The notes under the pieces: model-generated | Told to the model about the DNA's origin: nothing | Seen by the model: only the letters and a program-made list of their open reading frames with translations | Databases searched by the model: none | Part shown: piece by piece, positions 27,401 to 41,016 of the stretch | Numbering within the stretch: the first letter of the stretch is position 1 | Layout of the letters: every line of letters begins with the position of its first letter | Origin: Octopus vulgaris | Taxonomy: Eukaryota | Assembly: GCA_951406725.2 (NCBI GenBank) | Contig: OX597820.1 | Location: 13,330,001-13,394,000, forward strand | DNA: 64,000 bases | Direction of reading: 5' to 3' | Translations under genes and position numbers: made by a program

Positions 27401-28347
27401 CCGATATTATTAACTCTAGCCACAACAACAACCACATCAAACACAACAAAAACCAGAACTACAGGCAAAACAACAACAAACAGACGGCGATAACAACATT
27501 CCGCCATTAATCCATAATCTTTAATCCCATCAGCTGCATCGAGTCAATGAGATAGCCTCTAAATGGTCACTTAACCTGCAAGGCATAGCAACCAATTCTC
27601 CCTCAAATCAAACTCCACCGCAGTAGATAATGAAGAGCTCACTGGGTAATGTAGATTCCTGTGCTTTTGATCACGGGTCTGCTTGATCAGAGTCGACCGG
27701 GTGTTAAACAGCAACAATAGCGACAACAGCCACAACCAAAAACATAAAAACAACAAAACAATCCAAGGATTAAGCGATTAAATGGACACCAGTATTTGAC
27801 TGGTATTTTATAAACTGATCAAAAGAATAAGGATAAAAAGCTGAGTTGACCCCGGCTGGATTTGAACTCATTACGTAAAGATCAGGAACAAATACTGTAA
27901 AGCGTTTTGTTCCACGCTCTATAGAATCTGTCTACCCACAGCTTGTCACACTAACACATAACGGTTTCTCATTTAGGCAGCAATTTTGAGTAGAAGGGTT
28001 AGTCGATACCATCGGTCCCAGTACATGACTGGTACTTTAGTTTTCGACGCCATAGTTGGACCCGCGAGATCTGAACTCAGAATGAAAAGAGACGAAAGAA
28101 ATACCGCAAGGCTTTTGCCGACGTTCTAACAATTCCGCAGTGTGGGGTCCTTTTGGTAAAGACAGTAAGGGTCTTGTAAGGCAGATGAGCATCACTGGCT
28201 CTCGCTCATACCCTGAATCTCTAACGTACCAATTTCAAGTGTCATACACCGGTGGGCAAAAGCTGAAATTGCACCATCAGCTGGTTGGAGGAGCTGCTGT
28301 AATTGCAACCGAGTTTCATGGAAACCGACAACCAGGAATCCGTGATT

Positions 28348-28655
28348 TTCTTTTTGTTCCTTCTCGTGCCATGCCTGTCTCATAAGGGCCGGTTTCCCGG
28401 TTTCATTGGCGTATAGATTCCCCATTTGGACGGGACGCTGGTCCGTCGCAGATGAGGTTCAAGATGCAGGAGGAAAGAGTGAGAGAAAGTTGTAGCGAAA
28501 GAGTAAGCAGAAATTCGCCATTACATTCTGCCGGAGCAGCGTGGAGCTTAAGTGTTTTTTGCCCATAAACACACACATCGCCTGGTCTGAGATTCGAACC
28601 TGCGATCCCTCTACCGCGAGTTCGCTGCTCTAACCACTAGGTCATGTGCCTCCAC
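28348..28655 (-). mobile_element. SINE family A', related head with different tail
   Basis: Perfect 16-bp TSD CCAGGAATCCGTGATT at 28332-28347 and 28656-28671. Confidence 0.88.
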
Positions 28656-29485
28656 CCAGGAATCCGTGATTCAAGACAACCGACCCATAATATATTTTGT
28701 GGACTTCGTTTAACAATCAACAGACACAGCTCCATTTGCAGTTTCTTTCCTAATTGCAACTGGTTGAGCTTCACATTAGCACCCGGTTCCCGGAAGAACC
28801 TCATCCAATGAAAACATTTCAAAGTACAAAAGTAATCCTTCCGAAGTATTTTGACTGCCACATGCATCACCCGACACGAGAGCACTTGATTCTAAGAAAC
28901 CCTTCGACGCATCGTCAAATATGAAATACAGGAATCAATCAAAAACAATGCATAGAATTCATAATAACAGCAATAATGGTAACGGAAATACCAGAAGACC
29001 CCAAAACTGAAAAGGAGAGACTAAATGAAGTGTTAGGCGGTTTCGCATTTGGCAAATATCCTTTACTGCAGTCCCGGGGGCACAAATGCATTGTGACTGA
29101 GTTTGGTAGACGGAAATTGTGTGGAAGTCCAGTCCTGTTTATAAATTGAATATATAGGTTACATACATTATATCATACCTTGATACTGTATGGATTGAGA
29201 TCCCCATTGATAGGCCCCTGATATTAAATGAATTGCTAAACAGTAATGGTGTGCTAATTAGTAGCTCCAGTTTTCTGTGCCTTCTAGATTTGATGTGTAT
29301 AGAAACAGATTAGTTTCTCTGTGATTGGTCAAATTAATGTAGACGCTTCTGAGGAGAATCCAGAGACATTCCAATATCTTTTAACGTTGTTCATCATCTG
29401 TTTCAGTTTACGGAGAAACAGCTAAATTAGCCCGCTTAAAATCTACTATATAGGTTACATATATCTATACATATACAATCATATG

Positions 29486-29516
<31 letters not shown>

Positions 29517-29623
29517 GTATATTTGTGTTCTTTGTATTTTCCTTTCACTCACCACTTGACAATTGGTACATTATTTACATTATTTACAATTGACGAACAT
29601 TTGTCCTCATCTTGTTTGTCGTT

Positions 29624-29667
29624 AACAACGTTTCGGCTGATATACCCTCCAGCCTTCATCAGGTGTC
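29624..29667 (-). ncRNA. Type I hammerhead motif of the tRNA-head/HHR element
   Basis: Minus strand GACAC-CTGATGA-A-GGCTG(GAGGGTATAT)CAGCC-GAAACGTT-GTT; stem I 3' arm shortened relative to the 44414 copy. Confidence 0.78.
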
Positions 29668-29719
29668 TTGGGGAAATTTCGAACCTGGGTTCTCATTCCT
29701 AAGGTATTTTTCGATGTTG

Positions 29720-29778
<59 letters not shown>

Positions 29779-29781
<3 letters not shown>

Positions 29782-30050
29782 TAGTTTTATTTTTATAGCA
29801 TGCTTTCACTTCACTACCGAGCGCAGCTCTGTGTGCCTGTTTTCAGATTCCACATTCTAGTTACCTCTATTTCCAGGTCTTTGTATTTTGAGAGTTTCTC
29901 CATTTCTTTTAGAGACACGTTGTCATCTGCCGGTATTGATACATCAATTAGGAAGCATTTTTTTTCTTCATCATCTCTGACAACTATATCTGGTCTGTTG
30001 GCCTTAATTTCTCTATCTGTGTGTATCGGCATATCCCAGAGTATGGTTGC

Positions 30051-30053
<3 letters not shown>
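29779..30053 (-). pseudogene. R4/Dong-like non-LTR retrotransposon 3' fragment (restriction-like endonuclease) in (TAA)n
   Basis: ILWDMPIHTDREIKANRPDIVVRD..KKCFLIDVSIP..EKLSKYKDLEIEVTRMW (RPD..D..K RLE motif); AAT repeats on both sides, the known Dong target. Confidence 0.85.
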
Positions 30054-30092
<39 letters not shown>

Positions 30093-30120
30093 TAGTTTAT
30101 TTAGTGTTGTTGTTGCCTTG

Positions 30121-30192
<72 letters not shown>

Positions 30193-31635
30193 TCACTGCC
30201 TAGAATCGAACTTGGAATCTTGGGGTTAGTAGCTCTTAACCATGGGCGTATGGCATAGTAATTAAGATGAGGACAAATATGTAAATAATGTAAATAATGT
30301 ACATAATTCATCATCCCTTAAATATAGCACTTAACAATTGGTGTTGATTTGTTTACGTTCCCTTAACTTAGCTGTTCGACCAAAGAGACCGATAGAATAA
30401 ATGCCAGAGTTGAAGAACAAAACATAAGTATGAGGATCGATTTGTTTGACTGAAACCTTTCAAGGTGTTGCCCCAGCATTGCCGCAGTCCAACGACTGAA
30501 ACACACGTATAAGATAAAAGTAAAATTAAGAGATGATGAAAAGCCACAACAATGCTGATGAAGCGGAGGCAAAAATTAATTATTCAGTATTTAGAATTTA
30601 ATAAGCTTTTATCGGTTTATGAGAAATTTACGGTGAAACATCAAACACAAATAGCATCGAAACCTGTCATAATCTGCTCTGGAATATATTTATTATTTGT
30701 TTTTAGTTTCATCGTTTTTATACGCATTAATTAGACTTTCATCATCATTATTTTCAATTTATATTAGACTAACAATGATTCCGGAGAGCTTGAGGATCTT
30801 AAATGAAGTTGTAGATATGTTTATTGAATAAAACATAAAAACCAGTCAGAAAGCTCTTGTGAAGTGGTGCATCCTTAATTAGGATGATTAGTGTTGTGGA
30901 TAGAAAACTGATGGCTAATTTATAAAGACGTAGTCGCGCAGCCAATAGACTTATATAACTGCACATACGCCTATCGATTTCCTTTCACTAAACACAGGGA
31001 TGTTTTTGCATGAAAGATGAAATATATAATTTATCTATGAATTATACTCACACACATATACATATATACGTAAAGTCTGTTCATTCCACCTTCTTACTGT
31101 TTTATAAATTTATATAAATATGCAGAATTTTTCAGCCTTGTGGGAATAACAGATGGCGCGTAGGACTTACAGTGTTCTCCATAAAACTTTAGTGCTATGA
31201 ACTATGATCATCAACAAAATTCTAACACACTTTAACCTCCACAGGCAACTCATATATATATATATATATATATATGGATGGATGGAAACCGTCGTTAGAC
31301 GACGAGTTCCGTTGATCCGAATCAAGGAACAGCCTGCTCGTGAAATTAACGTGTAAGTGGCTGAGCACTCCACAGACACGTACCTTAACGTAGTTCTCGG
31401 AGATATTCAGCGTGACACAGAGAGGAAAGGCGGCTTTGAAATACGGACAACAAAACAGGATAAGATGAGAAAGTCGTGAAAGAGTCAGCGGATCACCTGG
31501 GAACTTTTAGTATTTCGCTAATAAAATCAAGCCGGTCTGGGAATCGAAACGCGATCCATGACCGCGAGTCCGCTGCCTAACCGCTGCCATTGCGCTCCAC
31601 ATATATACTAATATATATATATATATATGTATATA

Positions 31636-31712
<77 letters not shown>

Positions 31713-33595
31713 GTGACGGTGGTTAAGACAGCGGATTCGCAGTCACAGGACCGTGGTTTCGATTCCCAGACCGAGCGTTGTGAGTGTTTATTGAGCGAAA
31801 ACACCTAAAGCTTCAGAAGGCTCCGGCAGGGGTGAGGGGTGGCGAACCCTGCTGTACTCTTTCACCACAATTTCTCTCACTCTTACTTCCTGTTTCTGTT
31901 ATACCTGTATTTCAAAAGGCCAGCCTTGTCACACTGAATCACCCCGAGAACTACATTAAGGGGTACACGTGTCTGTGGAGTGCTCAGCCACTTGCACGTT
32001 AATTTCACGAGCAGGCTGTTTCCCATGATCGGATCAACTGGAAACCTCGTCGTCATAACCGATGCATGTGACAATGGTTAGGATACATGGCCCAATGGAC
32101 AGGGTGTTGCGACTGCGAGATCGTGGTTTCAATTCCTCGACTGGGTGGTGTATTGTATTCTTCGTCTCTTGTTGCTCTGTGATTACTTCGAAACCTGAAC
32201 GTGTGGTACACCTGTTCAGGCAATATCGATTTGATGGAGGGAGTGATCCAATGTACAGCACATCCCTGTAAACAAATCGTTCATGAATTTCGTTCAGCAA
32301 AAAGGTACGGAGCTGTCTTTCTAGGACCAGGAGGGAATACCACTGTAGGCAGGTGTATATGTGTGTACGCATGAATACATGTATTACGTTGACTTCATAA
32401 GAATTCTGCGCAGGAGTGGCTGTGTGGTAAGTAGCTTGCTTACCAACCACATTGTTCCGGGTCCAGTCCCACTGCGTGGCATTTTGGGTAAGTGTCTTCT
32501 ACTATAACCTTAGGCCGACCAAAGCCTTGTGAGTGGATTTTGTAGACAGAAACTGAAAGAAGCTTGTCGTATATATGCATATGTATATACATGGCCGCAG
32601 TCAAATGACTGAAACAAGTAAAAGAGTAAATGAATATGTGAGTGTGTGTGTGTGTGCATGTATGTATGTATGTATGTGTGTATGTGTGTATGTATGTATG
32701 TATGTATGTATGTATCCTTCATCTTTTACTTAATCTATCGGATTATTTTGCCGAACCGCTGTGTTACGCAGATACAAACACAATAACATTGGTTATCACA
32801 CTGTGGTGGGCAACAAAGATAAATGCGAACGTACACACACTTATAGAAATATATATCTATAGATACATGTATGCGTATGTATGTATATACGTATGTATGC
32901 ATACATGCATGTATGCATTATGTATGTACTGTTGTATGTATGTTTGCTTATTTGTATGTATGAGTAAATATGTATCTAATATCGTCTGTTAGTGCTGTTC
33001 CTCCTAATACATCTCATCATGACAGGTTTCTGTGGTTTGTCCAAATATGTCTCCTTCTGTTGCATTTGAACTGATGCCATCTCTTTTGCATAAAATTATT
33101 TATGCGATACTAGCTTCCTAAATAATTGCACCACTTCTTTCGTTCTCCACACCACCTTAACATTCGTAGACATTCCTTCAATGTTTTCTGGCTAACGTCT
33201 TTTTTTTCCCCACAACCCTGTTTCATTATTCAAACTTAAAAGAAAATTAGCACACAAGAAGATCGGCTACAGGGTCCAAACAGGATAATAAGACCGATTA
33301 ATCAAAGCTGATCTCTGTAAATCATTGCCGCAGTGCTCGTTAAGCCTGATTATCCAGTTCTTCCAGTTTAGTTACCATTCTCTCCATCATAACTACCAAA
33401 CAACAGGTATTGCTGACTTGAAGTTTGTAACGCCCTTTTGTCGAGCATCAATTTGTCAAGAAACTTTATTTATAACATTATTAACAGATGGGATAATATT
33501 TTACCACGAAAGCTAAAAAAAAAAACATATTTTTCGCTGTCAAATTTCAGAAAAATCATTAAAACCCACCTTTCTGCTCAATCAAACTAATTTAT

Positions 33596-33778
33596 ACTTT
33601 TTCAATGTTATTATTATTATTCAGGTCACTGCCCAAGGGCATATGGCGTCGTGGTTAAAAGCGCGGGCTACTAACCCCAAGATTCCGAGTTCGATTTCAG
33701 ACAGTGACCCGAACAATAATAATAACATGGAAAAATACCTTAGGAATGAGAACCCAGTTCGAAATTTCCCCAAGACAC
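33596..33778 (+). mobile_element. tRNA-head/HHR element copy, cut just before the HHR core, preceded by a short inverted copy
   Basis: GGGCATATGGCGTCGTGGTTAAAAGCGCGGGCTACTAACCCCAAGATTCCGAGTTCGATTTCAGACAGTGACC (A-box- and B-box-like), AAT linker, body ending CCCCAAGACAC; 33596-33633 is the reverse complement of the head end and linker. Confidence 0.75.
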
Positions 33779-33876
33779 AACCACGCCTGCACCTAGCTGC
33801 CACGCCATGGGACTGAAACCGGAACGATGTGGTTGGGAAGCAAGCTTCTTACCACACAGCCAGTCCTTATATTCAT

Positions 33877-33918
<42 letters not shown>

Positions 33919-34487
33919 CGAATGGTAATTCCAAGGGTATTACCAGAAGCAAGACACAGGCAAACGCAAAATCAAAGCTATGATGTATCTATTTCACCTA
34001 TACGTATTCTCCGTAAAAAAATTAATGTTAATGTAATTAATTGGAATTAATTAGAAATATGTGTGCGAGAAAAAAAAAAAGAAAGAGAGGGAGGAGTGAG
34101 AAGCAAGGATGGAGGGAGAATGTGTAGATGAGATAAACTGAATGGATTTAAACAAGGTGTGTTACAGAGAGGTGTCATAATATCTATTGCTCTTATGACT
34201 AATGTGTATGACATCTAATATGTGTTGCTGAGTGTGTGTGTGTGTGTGTGTAAGTCTATGTGTAAGAGTGTGTGTATCGTGCATGTGGTTGTGTGTTTGT
34301 GTGCGTAAGTGAGAAGCTACAGGTAAATTAGGGAAGATAGGGAGACAGATAAACAGACAGGATGCTATATGCGTTACGTACATGCCAAGCTATGTTCCAG
34401 CCCACATGGATTTCTCTGAGCGTACATACAAACGTGTATATATATATATACATACATACATAGGAAGAGACATAAGTACGTACGTAC

Positions 34488-34520
<33 letters not shown>

Positions 34521-34888
34521 TATATATGTATATATATATATACATGTTTGTGTGTTTACATGGACATATAGATATTTAGGTAGACAGCCAGAGAGGCAAA
34601 TAGATATGTAGATATATATAGATAAGTTTCTTTATTGGCCACACAGGGCTGCACACAGATGGGACAAGTTACAAGGTAGAGCTTTTCTTTTGGAGGGATG
34701 AAAAAAAAAACAAAAAAAAAAAAAAAAGAATCAAAAAAAGATAGACAGATAGATAGATAGACAGACAGACAGATTGATAGATACATACATACATATCCTT
34801 ACAAACGTAGCTTTATGCACATACACGTATATATTTACATAGATACACACATAAACATATATTAAACATACATGGAGGAATAGATACT

Positions 34889-34993
<105 letters not shown>

Positions 34994-34994
34994 T

Positions 34995-35083
<89 letters not shown>

Positions 35084-35336
35084 GCAGGCAGGTAGGCAGG
35101 CGGAAGGACGGATGTGCAGACAGTCTGATAACCACATTTTTGTTTCAATAAAGCTGGCTTATTGGACACAGCCTAGCACCGTTTGATAGAATTTTACTCC
35201 AATTCCCTTGTTTACATCCATATTCATTACACATACGACTTAATATGCATATCATTTCTTACCACTAATAATTTACCGCTAATTAAAATAGGAATTGGTA
35301 TGATACGAACATCATACACCTGTATACATACCTGTT

Positions 35337-35384
<48 letters not shown>

Positions 35385-35756
35385 CGTGTGTGTGTGTATG
35401 CGTGTGTGTGTATGCGTGTGTCTGTAGCTATGTAGATAGGGAGGTAGGGAGGTAGATAGGTATGTATGTATGCAGGTATCTATGTATGAGTGTATGTATA
35501 AATGTATGCATTTGTGTATGTCCGTATATGTATGTATGTATATGAGTATGTTTGTACTTAGTGTACATTATTCGCATTTCGGTTTCTTCTGCCATTCTAC
35601 ATCCTTTTATTTCATATCTCAGTACACATACATACACACATATGTATATATAAGAAAGCGCTAAAAATGTAAATATAAATATATATAATCATCCAACATT
35701 CTGACTACCTTCTTATTCTCAATATACAATATATGTACATCACTTCGAAATCTCTC

Positions 35757-35823
<67 letters not shown>

Positions 35824-35992
35824 GCATGCTGATATATGACCGATGTTGGACTCCTCATTCGCATAAGCACAGAACCTGGGGCTTAACTATGGTCGGTCCA
35901 TAGCACTTACTCAGCATTACCTGACATTTTAGGGTCTTCTTGACAACATTACCTATCATAACCTCAATATACATATATATATGTATATATAA

Positions 35993-36039
<47 letters not shown>

Positions 36040-36071
36040 TGTGTGTGTGTATGTATGTATATGTATATACA

Positions 36072-36256
36072 GTCGCCATGATAGATCGTTAGCCACTACA
36101 CACATTTTTTCTCTCGTTTTTTCTGAGTCCCTTTCTGTAGAAGAGCGTAGGCTCGAAACGTAAAAGACTTCTTCTATTCCAGAGCGTTATACTAATACAC
36201 CTGTTTGTTTTGTACACCACCTGTCTTCGTCTTTTGTTTTTTCGTAAACTCTCCCT
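36072..36256 (+). mobile_element. Solo PLE pLTR fragment with hammerhead motif (36131-36166)
   Basis: Homologous to 6075-6285; CTTT-CTGTAGA-A-GAGC(GTAG)GCTC-GAAACGTA-AAAG; ends in a TA array. Confidence 0.8.
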
Positions 36257-36265
36257 ATATGTATA

Positions 36266-36338
<73 letters not shown>

Positions 36339-37930
36339 TTGTGTGTGTGTTTACATATATAGCTACATGCAAACATGCATGTATATATACCTATATATGC
36401 ATACATATATATATATGTATGTGTGTGTGTGTGTGTGTGTGCATAATTACATCAACAATATCAAATTCTCTTAAAAGGATGTTACTGACCAAGTTCCCTG
36501 GTTGTATCCAATGAAACAGTGAAAAAACCAAAGACGTTACTTTCACATAGATGGATGTGTGTATATAAATATTCTTGCAGGAGAATGGAATTTGTTCAAA
36601 TAAATTGATGTCTATATTTTAATTTCTCCATTTTCTTTTTCTCGTACAAGAATATTTATATATGTGCGTGTGTGTGTGTACACATATACACATATACATG
36701 TTCACACATATACATATATAGATACATACATATACATTTACATACATATGTACATATACACACACATATATATATATACATATACATTTACATACATATG
36801 TATATATATATATATATACATATACATGTATATATATGTGTGTGTGTGTGTGTGAGTGTTTGTGTGTACATATATATATATGTATATACATACACACACA
36901 CACGCACACATAAGCATCACTACACGGCTATCTCTGTTACAGTTTATGAGGATGAGAGATAGAGAGACAGAGAGAAAAAAGAAAAGAAAACAGAAAGAAG
37001 GCATGTGTATGAAGATATGTATCTATGTATGTATGTACACGTGTGCGAACATACGTATGTGTGTATATATATTTGTCTGTCTGTATGTATGTATATATAC
37101 GTATACGTATACACATGTATGTATGTATGTATCTATGTTTGGATGCATTTGTAATTTCTTTTTATAGCGTTAGTGGCCGACCTAGGCAACCACATCTATT
37201 TAGATCCGCTTTGCTCCTGTCTCTCCTAACATTCCTTCCCTATTTACGAGCGACTCAATTTACTGCTCGTTCCTGGACCGGCGCCATGTTCGGATATTTT
37301 CGAAGCCGCTTATGTAATTCACTATCTTGGCGAGCAACGAGGCCAACTTTACGTTAATGAACTGTAGACATTCGGTGATGTCATTTATTTCTTTAAATTT
37401 TTCCAAGTTTTTCCATAATTACATTAGTTTGTTCACTGGAGATTTAAGCGTTCAAATTTTCAATTTATTTAATGCGGAATACGGAGAAGAAAGTGCAGGA
37501 ATTTGGAGAATTAAACAGGAATCCTTTGCAGAATTCTGCTTGGTGCCTTGTGGTTCTTAGTTCAAATCCCATCTGGGTGTGTCCTTACATTTCATCATTC
37601 TTTTGCTCTGCCGCATCATCGTCTGTTGGTCGAAGAAATCAAATGTCATTGTAGAATGCTTAATTACTCATAGGTCGAAATCTAACAGTGTCGTATTAAC
37701 TGAAAATACCTGACCACTGATTTTATGTTGCTGTTGTTGTTGTTGCTTGCTGCTGCTGTTGTTATTATTATTATTATTGTTATTGTTGTTGTTGTTGTTG
37801 TTGTTGTTATTATTGTTATTGTTATCATAAGGCTGCAAGCTGTCAGAAACGTTAACACGCTGGGCAAAAATGCTTCACGGCATTTCGTTAACCTTTTCGC
37901 TTTGAGTTCAAATTCCTCCGAGGTCGACTT

Positions 37931-38024
<94 letters not shown>

Positions 38025-39369
38025 CGAAAAGCAACTGACGGGTAGATAGAAAAAAATATATATATATATATATATACATACATATATATAGAGAGATATA
38101 GAGATACATACATACATACATACATACATACATACATACATACATACATACATACATACATACATACATACATACATACATACATAGGTATAGGTATATA
38201 TATACAGCGAATGGGAAGGAAGCATAGATAGATAGATAATATATAGAGAGAGGGTGGGAAAAGGAAAGAAACGAGAGAGAAAAACAGATGGATGGATGAA
38301 TGGATGGATGGATGGATGGATGGATGGATGGATGGGTGGAAGGAAGGAAGGAAGGATGGATAAGTTAGATGATATCTTTCACTAAAATACGTGACCTTCC
38401 GCATAGCATTGAAATCAATTTTATTTATTTAAAGGATTTTCTGTTAAAACCACATTTCTCCATAATATTTAATCCTCTAAGTGAAGTGAATTATTTTCTG
38501 ATGGAATCTGAAATGGCATTAGAGACGTAACTTCCAATCTCAAAGTAAAATAAGCAGAAGTTTAATCTTGTTTTTGTTGTTGACAGTTGTAAGTCCGCTT
38601 TGATGGAGCAGACCTACGAAACTTAAGTGACCGGTCGATATAATGACTATGCGCTTCTGGTAAAATTATAGTTCCATATATCATGGCTATGAGTATTTGT
38701 GGACCTTACTGTATATATGAATATGCATTGGTTACTATCGGTGATGCTGCTGTGGCTACTGTTTAGCCCAAGGTTAGCTCCAGTGAAACATTCCTATGTT
38801 AAAACATATGGAAGTTGTAACGAGCTAGTCTCTTCGTCTACAAATTGCAGTATTCTTTTCTACTCTAGGCACAAGGCCCGAAGTTTTTAGAGAGAAGGCC
38901 ACTCAATTAGATCGATCCCAATATGCAACTGGTACTTAATTTATCGACCCCGAAAGGATGAAATGCAAAGTCGACCTCGGCGGAATTTGAACTCAGAACA
39001 TAAAGACAGATGAAATACCGCTAAGCACTTCGTCCGGCGTGCTAACGTTTCTGCCAGCGCGCCGCCTTTACCCTACTGTGTATTTGAATATACATTGGTT
39101 GCTATTGTTGATGCCACTGTTGGTACTGTTTAGCCCTAGGTTAGCTCCAGTGGGACATTCCTTTGTTAAAAGATATGCAAGTTGTAACGAGCTAGTCTCT
39201 TCGTCTACAAATGACTATATTGTGAAATGTGTTGTTTCCTTTTGATTTCGATGAAGATTTGGCTGCTATGAGAACCAGCGACATCAAGTATCGATTAATT
39301 CTATAAATAGCACTGTGACATGGTAGTGAAGTTGTTGGCTCATTAGACAAGTGTGTTTGGCGCTTCCGA

Positions 39370-39800
39370 TATCTGAGCAAAAGGACAAAGGTTCTGACCT
39401 TTAAGTTTCTGGTCCTCCCTGCCTTGCTCTATACTTGTGAGACCTAGACACTGTCCAGGGCACTTAGGATCCTCCTGAACTCCTTTGGTACCAGAGTGCT
39501 TTTCAGGGTTATGGGTTACCATGGGTGACTATGGCTTGTTAATGGCTCTACTCAGAAACTGAGATGCATCCCGTTATTTTTATGAACCAGGAGCGCCTGT
39601 TCAAACTGTTTGGCCACGTTACTAGATTTTTCTGAATTAGACCCTGCTCAGTGTTTTCTTCAGTGAAGATCCGACTGGGTTGTCGGATCGTGTTGGACGT
39701 CCACATGCCACTTGCTCATAGCAGCTGAAGTGGCATCTCGTGGAGATGGGGGACTGACTGAGACTCTGCTTGGTGGGCCACCGTATAAGACTCGGGAATA
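39370..39800 (+). pseudogene. Degraded RTE-clade LINE RT C-terminal fragment
   Basis: From ~39376 translates SKRTKVLTFKFLVLPALLYTCET*TL..NSFGTRVLFRVMGYHW, resembling the RTE LLYGCETWTL motif. Confidence 0.7.
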
Positions 39801-39892
39801 TATCGACAATACAGGCCTTAACCTTTTACCTGTGCAAACCATTTTCATGAGTTAACCTTAAACGCTCGTGCTTGCGTTTTAGACTTTAACTT

Positions 39893-40274
39893 GGAAGCAC
39901 TCCGTCGGTTACGACGACGAGGGTTCCGGTTGATCCGATCAACGGAACAGCCTGCTCGTGAAATTAACGTGTAAGTGGCTGATCACTCCACAGACACGTG
40001 TACCCTTAACGTAGTTCTCGGGGATATTCAGCGTGACACAGAGAGTGACAAGGCCGACCCTTTGAAATACAGGCACAACAGAAACAGGAAGTAAGAGTGA
40101 GAGAAAGTTGTGGTGAAAGAGTACAGCAGGGATCACCACCATCCCTGCCGGAGCATCGTGGACCTTTAGGTGTTTTCGCTCAATAACCACTCACAACGCC
40201 CGGTCTGGGAATCGAAACCGCGATCCTACGACCGCGAGTCCGCTGCCCTAACCACAGGGCCATTGCGCCTCCAC
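39893..40274 (-). mobile_element. SINE family A, full length
   Basis: Perfect 12-bp TSD AGACTTTAACTT at 39881-39892 and 40275-40286. Confidence 0.9.
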
Positions 40275-40731
40275 AGACTTTAACTTATCCCTTGATGCAA
40301 ACGTTCTGAGCAATATAAAGTTTTTCTTTTCTAAGACCCAAGTTTCTCTGGTGCATGAAAACAATTTGTAACGTGTCTGGTATATCGTGCAGCAACGCGC
40401 TGCAACGGCACATACCCCACACGTGGCCTTCATCTGACAGTATGTCACCAATCTAAGGAAGTGAATCATCAACATTATCGTCACCAACCCCTGGGCATTA
40501 CTGTCTACAACCGTAAGATTCATAGGGTCGCTTGCCAGATTTCCACGGCGTGTAAGTCACCGAAATCACAACGATTTCCCCGGAAGAGGCCCCAGTCTGT
40601 TGCATGGTTACTCATTGGAGTAGCGTGAAATGAAGTGTCTTGCTCAAGGACACAACGCACCACTTGATCCGTGAGTCGAGACCACGACCTTGCGATAGTA
40701 AGAGCAACACCCGAACCACTTCTTAAGTAAG

Positions 40732-41016
40732 TTTGTTCTTTCTCAAGCCATCCCTGGCTCATAAGGGCCGGTTTCCTTGGCGTATAGGTTCCCCACCTGG
40801 ATGGGACGCCGATCCGTCGCAGGTGAGCTGCAAGATGCAGGAGGAAAGAGTGAGAGAAAGTTGTGGAGAAAGAGTCAGCAGAAGTTCGCCATTACCTTCT
40901 GCCGTAGCTGTGTGGAGCTTAGGTGTTTCGCTCATAAACACACACATCGCCCGGTCTGAGATTCGAACTCGCGTTTCCTCGACCGCGAGTCCGCTGCTCT
41001 AACCATGTGCCTCCAC
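40732..41016 (-). mobile_element. SINE family A'
   Basis: 13-bp TSD CTTCTTAAGTAAG at 40719-40731 and 41017-41029; homologous to the 28348 copy. Confidence 0.88.

Larger units (their letters stand above)
29566..30330 (-). mobile_element. tRNA-head + (AAT)n + HHR non-autonomous element, with nested R4/Dong fragment and an inverted, internally deleted copy at 30244-30330
   Basis: Minus strand: tRNA-like head (30188-30242), AAT linker, body ...CCTTAGGAATGAGAACCCAGGTTCGAAATTTCCCCAAGACAC, HHR, tail with TGTAAATAA repeats. Confidence 0.75.

Noticed and set aside
28672-28800. Possible decayed RLE motif (RP.I.LW..LVEL)
   Set aside because: Needs several frameshifts; cannot be supported by eye.
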